Shown here in pieces: positions 59,293-64,000 of a stretch of 64,000 bases of DNA (position 1 is its first letter; every line of letters begins with the position of its first letter). This DNA is from a virus: the IMG/VR virus record IMGVR_UViG_3300023243_000009, positions 1 to 64,000 of that record; one strand, 5' to 3'. The notes below the pieces were generated by a model. That model was not told the origin of the DNA, did no database searches, and was given only the letters and a program-made list of their open reading frames with translations. Position numbers and translations under genes: made by a program.

Positions 59293-59486
59293 TTTTTTAT
59301 AACCCTAAAATTTTTCTTAGGATCAATTTGGGCGTGCTTAATACCCACTATATCACCTAATCTAATAGATTCTTTAGTCCTCTGTGCTAATTGATTTTTT
59401 TTAATTTCAACCTTATTTTTAATCTGATTAAACTCATCTGGGTTTGAATTTATAATGAATTCTAACACTTCGTTTAAATTTAACAT
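59253..59486 (-). CDS. Early hypothetical protein (C-terminus probably frameshifted)
   Basis: Starts at a repeat ATG; its last ~13 codons overlap the start-less frame. Confidence 0.6.
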   Translation of the reverse strand: MLNLNEVLEFIINSNPDEFNQIKNKVEIKKNQLAQRTKESIRLGDIVGIKHAQIDPKKNFRVIKKGQELQLKIKIKR

Positions 59487-59548
59487 AACCTTTGTTGTTT
59501 TAATTGATTCCTATACCCCAATATACGAAAGGTTTCCGAGATAACCAA
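59484..59548 (-). promoter_or_regulatory. Early promoter+leader+ATG repeat unit
   Basis: CATAACCTTTGTTGTTTTAATTGATTCCTATACCCCAATATACGAA...CCAA. Confidence 0.85.
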
Positions 59549-59617
59549 ATGGGTATTAAGGGGATGACGCATGTGGGGATCATTACTATTCCAGTCACAA
59601 CCCTATTTAACATTTAT

Positions 59618-59726
59618 CTACATTTCTTTGCAATCTATAACACATTTACACCTATAATATGTGGCTGTCTATAACTCATGGTCATCTACAATATAAGGCC
59701 ATCTATAATATGTGGCTGTCTACAAC
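59618..59726. repeat. Phased 17-bp degenerate tandem array
   Basis: CTAyA starts at 59618, 59635, 59652, 59669, 59686, 59703, 59720; the 20-mers at 59652 and 59703 are identical (CTATAATATGTGGCTGTCTA). Confidence 0.75.
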
Positions 59727-60055
59727 TTTATTGTATTATGTTCCAACTTCCATATATTTTTTTGTGAATAATAAAAATGCTCACGTGTGGGGGAGGGGGA
59801 TAATGCAAGGGTGTGTATATACTTTTAGAGGTTTTAGAAATTGGTTGGAATCGATGTGGGAGGGTTAGCGTCTCCACCAACCCACCCCACATATTATTCC
59901 CACTTTGGTCACATACCCCATATGCTTTAAATATAGAATAACATATATTCATCTATCAACCCACACTTTAACAGTGTTGGTCACATTTACACATAAAAAT
60001 AAACATCCATTAATCTCAACACCCAATCATCTACATAATACGGGGCCATATACAA

Positions 60056-60193
60056 CTAATAATCGAGGTTTGATATATCTCTTATAGGTACCACATTATC
60101 ATCAATTGGTTTGGGTTTAACACGTTGTATTTTTAATGTTTTCCTCCACTCCATAATTTGGTTAATACGTTGTTTTGCACTTGATTTACTCAT
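60056..60193 (-). CDS. Small basic protein (45 aa; not in the ORF track)
   Basis: Manual translation MSKSSAKQRINQIMEWRKTLKIQRVKPKPIDDNVVPIRDISNLDY. Confidence 0.45.
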   Translation of the reverse strand: MSKSSAKQRINQIMEWRKTLKIQRVKPKPIDDNVVPIRDISNLDY

Positions 60194-60418
60194 GATTTAT
60201 TTATTTGATTTATTTGATTTATTTTTCTTCCCACACATATATTTCTCATCCCCGTCACTGGAATTTTATTTATATATCTCCTCTATGTTTGTTTTTGTTT
60301 TCCTCGTTTTGGTTTATATTCAGATACACCAGTATCCAATATTTTTTGACTATTATTTTCTGCTAGTATTTTTCTATACATTAATGACTCCATTTCGCAT
60401 CCCCAATAACTTTGCTTT

Positions 60419-60631
60419 TTATACATCTTCTATTATTTTAGCATCCTCTATTACCTCACATATAAGAAATTTACTACCCATTTGCAACACATGGTTACAA
60501 TTTTTCTCATGCACATACAAACCTAACACTTGTTGGTTTACACTTCCATCTTTATTTGCAAAATTATGAGTTGATATTTCCTCAATTATTTTGTATGCTT
60601 TACCCTCCTTGTACATTATGTTATAGTTCAT
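60419..60631 (-). CDS. Small hypothetical protein
   Basis: 70-aa ORF on the coding strand. Confidence 0.65.
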   Translation of the reverse strand: MNYNIMYKEGKAYKIIEEISTHNFANKDGSVNQQVLGLYVHEKNCNHVLQMGSKFLICEVIEDAKIIEDV

Positions 60632-60637
60632 GTTTGT

Positions 60638-60979
60638 CTAAAAATTTTCATTTAAATCATTATCAATTTCTAAACCATCCTCCCCATAATATTCATCTAA
60701 TAATTCTTCATCACTACATAAACATGCATCACATATGGGTCTCATAACCTGAGTGTTTAATAATTCATCATACACCAATAATTCTGCCTCTATCGCGGGA
60801 TCTAAATCAATAAAAGCCCAATTCGACTCCATTCCCCACACTTTGCTTCTCCCCAATTTATTTATCTTATCCTCCATAAATTCAAGGATAGGTATATACG
60901 GATTAGATGATGGTGGGTTGTTAGTTAAGCATCCACACCACCCACAATTGTTGGTATTTTTTGATTTATTTTCCTCCAT
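60638..60979 (-). CDS. Hypothetical Zn-binding protein
   Basis: CGWC...CDAC. Confidence 0.65.
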   Translation of the reverse strand: MEENKSKNTNNCGWCGCLTNNPPSSNPYIPILEFMEDKINKLGRSKVWGMESNWAFIDLDPAIEAELLVYDELLNTQVMRPICDACLCSDEELLDEYYGEDGLEIDNDLNENF

Positions 60980-60982
60980 ATT

Positions 60983-61213
60983 TTATAATAATAAATGTTT
61001 ATTTTCCAAATACATCCAAAATCTTTCAAGCCATAGGTTGATTTTTACTCCTTCTACTTCATCTTCTCCTAACATGCCATTGAGTTTTCTGCTAGCAGTA
61101 TATGCTATACCCATATCGATGCAGTCTCGAGCTTTATCCTTATCACCTAATTTAAAAAAATGTTTTGCTTGGGACAAACAGTGATGTAATATTTGTTTTT
61201 CTATTTTTGCCAT
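60983..61213 (-). CDS. Small hypothetical protein
   Basis: 76-aa helical ORF. Confidence 0.65.
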   Translation of the reverse strand: MAKIEKQILHHCLSQAKHFFKLGDKDKARDCIDMGIAYTASRKLNGMLGEDEVEGVKINLWLERFWMYLENKHLLL

Positions 61214-61343
61214 AATTTTATTTTGTCTGTATTTATTTGAACTAAGTTATTATTCATTTTTACTAAAATATTACCGTTGAAATGAATGCCAAAGCATTTC
61301 TTTTTAATTCCCTCGAAGTTAACCCAATCTCCTTTCTTTACCA

Positions 61344-61751
61344 TTACAATTTATATTTTTGCTTGTAAACGTTGATTAAAGAATTCCCAACTCCTAATTC
61401 TAACACTTCAGCTGTATCCGGTATCCCTACTAACTTTAGGGAGGTTATGATATAGTCTATATTTTCATTAAAAATTTTCATTTTTATTTTAGAGTTAACA
61501 CGATTGGAATTTTTATATACTAAAACTACTACTTGGTTATTGTATGGTTTCTTTTTTTCAACCAATACCTTAGGATGTTTGTACCCCTTAGGTGGTGTAT
61601 ATTCTGTTTTATATGGACCATTAGGTACTTTATGTTTATTATAATACCATTTTGATACTCCCCCTATTTCAGGTTTTGAAGGAACTTCACACATAATCTG
61701 GGTGTACTTTATTAATGGTGATTTCTCTTCTATTGGTCTGCCTTTATTCAT
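61344..61751 (-). CDS. Early hypothetical protein
   Basis: Starts at a repeat ATG; no tyrosine-recombinase R-H-R-Y pattern seen. Confidence 0.7.
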   Translation of the reverse strand: MNKGRPIEEKSPLIKYTQIMCEVPSKPEIGGVSKWYYNKHKVPNGPYKTEYTPPKGYKHPKVLVEKKKPYNNQVVVLVYKNSNRVNSKIKMKIFNENIDYIITSLKLVGIPDTAEVLELGVGNSLINVYKQKYKL

Positions 61752-61814
61752 AACCTTTATTGTTTTAATTAATTATTATACTTGAATATATGAAAAGTAA
61801 ATGTGGTAGCCCAA
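61749..61814 (-). promoter_or_regulatory. Early promoter+leader+ATG repeat unit
   Basis: CATAACCTTTATTGTTTTAATTAATTATTATACTTGAATATATGAA...CCAA. Confidence 0.9.
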
Positions 61815-61873
61815 TTTGTTAGCGGATGTATTGTTTTTTAAGGTTGTGTGGGGTACCCATCGTTGTAAAAAAT

Positions 61874-62191
61874 TTAAATATTAAGTTCTTGATAGCTTAC
61901 CTTTTTCCCAAGCAATTTAACCTCTATAAACCAGTCAACATTATTACTTTTTAAAAATTTATTCCATTCTTTTTCTTTTTGCTTATAAACCGCTTTTGTT
62001 AAGTGTTTATGCCAATTTTCAAAATTCATTATATTAAACCGGTGTTCATTAATAACTATATTTTTACTATTTGCCTCACTTAACAAAAACTTCATATACA
62101 AGTCTTTTATATTAGCTTTATCGCATTCCCAAACATTGCTAACTTCTACCATATCCCATTGTTTATCGTGTATTTGTGTAATGTATATCAT
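61874..62191 (-). CDS. Cassette 1 hypothetical protein
   Basis: Stop abuts the GTT box at 61862-61873. Confidence 0.7.
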   Translation of the reverse strand: MIYITQIHDKQWDMVEVSNVWECDKANIKDLYMKFLLSEANSKNIVINEHRFNIMNFENWHKHLTKAVYKQKEKEWNKFLKSNNVDWFIEVKLLGKKVSYQELNI

Positions 62192-62199
62192 AATTTAAA

Positions 62200-62342
62200 C
62201 TTTTAACAACAACGTACAAAGAAAATAAACTACTATTCGCTTTCCGTTGTTCATTGTTTATTTGTGGGTTGTCGGTATTTCCGACATACCTCTATTTTTT
62301 TTAATCGTTTACTTTACTTGTACAAATCCGTTGGCAGTAATA
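62200..62342 (+). repeat. attC-like site B
   Basis: AAC(62208-10)-aac-GTACAAAGAAAATAAAC ... GTTTACTTTACTTGTAC-aaatcc-GTT(62330). Confidence 0.8.
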
Positions 62343-62346
62343 ACTA

Positions 62347-62535
62347 CTAAGAGTACCATTTACCAATTTTCTCAAATTCTTCTACTACATCTTTACAATC
62401 TAATTGTTCTAATAAATCACAAAGCAATCCGTCAGCTATACAATGGCTTTTTGCATAATCCCTCTGTCCTTGTCTTTCTTTTAGTTCACTAATTACTGCT
62501 TTTTTAAAATCTAATTGTTTTTTGGTAAGTGCCAT
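62347..62535 (-). CDS. Cassette 2 hypothetical protein (probable start 62535, MALTKKQ)
   Basis: HCIADGLLCDLL...EFEKIGKWYS; stop 5 nt past the GTT box. Confidence 0.7.
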   Translation of the reverse strand: MALTKKQLDFKKAVISELKERQGQRDYAKSHCIADGLLCDLLEQLDCKDVVEEFEKIGKWYS

Positions 62536-62565
62536 TTTATTAATATTTGTTTTTAATTTATCCGT

Positions 62566-62780
62566 TACTACTGCCAACATCTTTTAAAGAAAAAAACTAA
62601 TTTATCCTTTTTAATAAACCAATTCTAACAAGTGGGTTATTGTTTTGGCTTTCAACTAATCTTTTACGATAATCTTGTAAACTTTCGTTTTTCTTTGGCA
62701 CTTTTATTAATTTTCCCATTTTTTACTTATTGTTTTAATTTATTCGTTTCTTTCCTTAAAAGGGTACGTTGTATTTAATG
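62566..62780 (+). repeat. attC-like site C (long loop containing an ORF)
   Basis: AAC(62576-78)-at-CTTTTAAAGAAAAAAACTAATTT ... AATTTATTCGTTTCTTTCCTTAAAAG-ggtac-GTT(62768). Confidence 0.75.
62597..62719 (-). CDS. 40-aa ORF inside the site C loop
   Basis: MGKLIKVPKKNESLQDYRKRLVESQNNNPLVRIGLLKRIN. Confidence 0.45.
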   Translation of the reverse strand: MGKLIKVPKKNESLQDYRKRLVESQNNNPLVRIGLLKRIN

Positions 62781-63038
62781 CTAATCTTTAGGCACATTAG
62801 CACAAACAGTTCCTTCTTCTTGGTGTGTTTGGTTAACAAGTGGATTGCCTCTTACGCTTAAATTAAATGGCTCAACATAACCTTCTTTAGCAAAATACCA
62901 TTTACCTTCATACTTAAATTCAAAACCGCTATCACGCATACAGATAGCCATTTCTTCACCATCACTTGTCTTTAATACAACAGATTTAAATACTTCTTCA
63001 AGTTGCATTATGTTTTTTTCGTTTACTGTAATTTTCAT
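62781..63038 (-). CDS. Cassette 3 hypothetical protein
   Basis: Stop abuts the GTTGTATTTAATG box. Confidence 0.7.
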   Translation of the reverse strand: MKITVNEKNIMQLEEVFKSVVLKTSDGEEMAICMRDSGFEFKYEGKWYFAKEGYVEPFNLSVRGNPLVNQTHQEEGTVCANVPKD

Positions 63039-63066
63039 TTCATTTATAATTTATAGTTAATAACCC

Positions 63067-63213
63067 GCACTAAAATACAACACCGTACAAAATTAATTGC
63101 TTGGTTTTGGTTTACTTGCGAACGTCCTCGCATCCTTTAACTTTATTTTTTATTTATTGGTTTTAGTGTTTTTTTTATCGCAACAAATCTTGTACGCGCA
63201 CGTTGTAACAAAT
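63067..63213 (+). repeat. attC-like site D
   Basis: AAC(63079-81)-acc-GTACAAAATTAATTGC ... GCAACAAATCTTGTAC-gcgcac-GTT(63202). Confidence 0.8.
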
Positions 63214-63257
63214 TATTTTTTATTAGGTTACTTTTCTGTTTGCAAATTATCGTAATT

Positions 63258-63377
63258 TCATTCCTCTTTTTCTTGGTCTGTTTGCAAAAAATCACTTGTA
63301 ACAACAACGTATAAATCATTATTACTGCTTAATGGGTTTCTAGAATAAAATTCATCTTTAAAATCTACTGGTCTCAT
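63258..63377 (-). CDS. 39-aa ORF starting in the site E loop and reading through its arm into cassette 4
   Basis: MRPVDFKDEFYSRNPLSSNNDLYVVVTSDFLQTDQEKEE. Confidence 0.45.
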   Translation of the reverse strand: MRPVDFKDEFYSRNPLSSNNDLYVVVTSDFLQTDQEKEE

Positions 63378-63433
63378 AATTAAGTTTTAGTTTATTTATC
63401 CGTAACAATGTTTATACGCATAAGTTGTAGTGC
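63294..63433 (+). repeat. attC-like site E
   Basis: AAC(63303-05)-aac-GTATAAATCATTATTAC ... GTAACAATGTTTATAC-gcataa-GTT(63424); one extra base in the left arm. Confidence 0.8.
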
Positions 63434-63442
63434 ATTAAAACG

Positions 63443-63710
63443 ACACCACAACAACGTGTATAGGTAATTATTGCCCTTGCTTCACTATCTTATAACCAAG
63501 TTCGTGCAAATCTTCAAGCAAACGAATAGTCATAGTTGTTTTAGGTGTTTTCTCAAAAAACTCATAACCTCGCTCTTTTATTATGTGCAGTAATATGTTT
63601 TGCTCTTCAGCATTTGCACCTCCAAATAATTGTTCTATCTCTTTCATAATTTATTTTATTTTAATTAAATCGGGCAAAAACTACCCATACATAAACCGTT
63701 AGCAGTAATA
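63443..63710 (+). repeat. attC-like site F (long loop containing an ORF)
   Basis: AAC(63450-52)-aac-GTGTATAGGTAATTATTGCCC ... GGGCAAAAACTACCCATACAT-aaacc-GTT(63698). Confidence 0.8.
63468..63647 (-). CDS. 59-aa ORF inside the site F loop
   Basis: MKEIEQLFGGANAEEQNILLHIIKERGYEFFEKTPKTTMTIRLLEDLHELGYKIVKQGQ. Confidence 0.6.
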   Translation of the reverse strand: MKEIEQLFGGANAEEQNILLHIIKERGYEFFEKTPKTTMTIRLLEDLHELGYKIVKQGQ

Positions 63711-63911
63711 TTAAATATCAATTGATTTAATTAATCCTTCCAGTTTTTCACGTGCGCCATCCCTAATGCTATGATAACCCCCAAGTTTGTTTTTACATAT
63801 ATCCATTGTGTTAATTAATGCATTTATCATTTGTGCTTTATCAGCCATACTAATGCTAACAACGTGTATATCACATTGCTGTTCTGTTTCTAGGTCTTTA
63901 CTTTTATCCAT
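63711..63911 (-). CDS. Cassette 6 ORF starting in the site G loop and reading through its arm
   Basis: QCDIHVVSIS is encoded by the arm and core; stop abuts the GTTAGCAGTAATA box. Confidence 0.65.
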   Translation of the reverse strand: MDKSKDLETEQQCDIHVVSISMADKAQMINALINTMDICKNKLGGYHSIRDGAREKLEGLIKSIDI

Positions 63912-63990
63912 TTTATTTAGTTTATTACTTATTAAAAATTATTGTTTATCTACTCGCAACGCTACATACACAAATACGTTATATGCAATG
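63849..63990 (+). repeat. attC-like site G
   Basis: AAC(63858-60)-aac-GTGTATATCACATTGC ... GCAACGCTACATACAC-aaatac-GTT(63978). Confidence 0.8.
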
Positions 63991-64000
63991 CTAAATGTTT

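Larger units (their letters stand above)
61862..64000 (+). mobile_element. Integron-like gene-cassette array (at least 6 cassettes; continues past the window edge)
   Basis: Six imperfect hairpins bounded by AAC and GTT; GTT cores at 61862, 62330, 62768, 63202, 63424, 63698, 63978; each cassette start matches its own end. Confidence 0.8.

Noticed and set aside
59618-59726. Possible CRISPR mini-array (20-bp identical repeat twice, 51-bp period)
   Set aside because: Only two identical copies; the intervening DNA is itself made of degenerate 17-bp units rather than unique spacers; no cas genes.
59659-60569. Plus-strand ORFs 59659..59868, 59905..60087 and the hydrophobic 60111..60569
   Set aside because: They overlap the 17-bp array or small minus-strand ORFs; the Phe/Leu richness reflects the antisense of A-rich sequence.
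61344-61751. Gene beside the array head as the cognate integrase
   Set aside because: Only 135 aa and lacks the R...H-x-x-R...Y tyrosine-recombinase residues.
61862-64000. Hairpin array as a CRISPR array or as simple Rho-independent terminators
   Set aside because: The repeats are not identical, the spacers are gene-sized, the arms are AT-rich without consistent U-tracts, and within-cassette GTT/AAC matching is not expected of terminators.
1-64000. Stop-codon reassignment, as in some large Bacteroidota phages
   Set aside because: Core genes, including a 2658-aa ORF, are uninterrupted in the standard code, and TAG and TGA are used as real stops.
1-64000. tRNA or rRNA genes
   Set aside because: No cloverleaf or T-loop (GGTTCRANTCC) signature was found by eye; tRNAscan-SE would be decisive.

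Overview
A 64-kb, AT-rich segment of a large lytic T4-like myovirus genome, read in the standard genetic code, with almost all real genes on the minus strand. The host is probably in Bacteroidota, because early genes carry the TTTG/TTGG(-33)...TAnnTTyG(-7) promoter type. 1-9 kb: head and packaging module (scaffold, gp21-like prohead protease, portal, intein-containing TerL). 9.6-26.5 kb: acidic, modular proteins with capsid-targeting-like leaders and recurrent [ILM]-x-E putative protease sites, some carrying enzyme domains (GNAT, PD-(D/E)xK nuclease, HIGH nucleotidyltransferase, zincin, HAD phosphatase, zeta-like kinase), plus an FAD oxidoreductase gene split by a GIY-YIG gene and a GNAT gene. 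26.5-31 kb: recombination and replication genes. 31-49.5 kb: baseplate and tail genes. 49.9 kb: gp55-like late sigma factor. 52-62 kb: hypervariable early region of single-gene modules, each headed by a ~65-bp repeated promoter+leader+ATG unit. The most striking feature is at 61.86-64.0 kb: an integron-like cassette array with six complete attC-like hairpins plus a hairpin-less head site. Each cassette's start (GTT...) matches its own end (...AAC) rather than its hairpin partner, small ORFs sit inside the hairpin loops, and no integrase is present in the window. No tRNA, rRNA or CRISPR array was recognised. All family calls are from motif recognition by eye; no database search was run.
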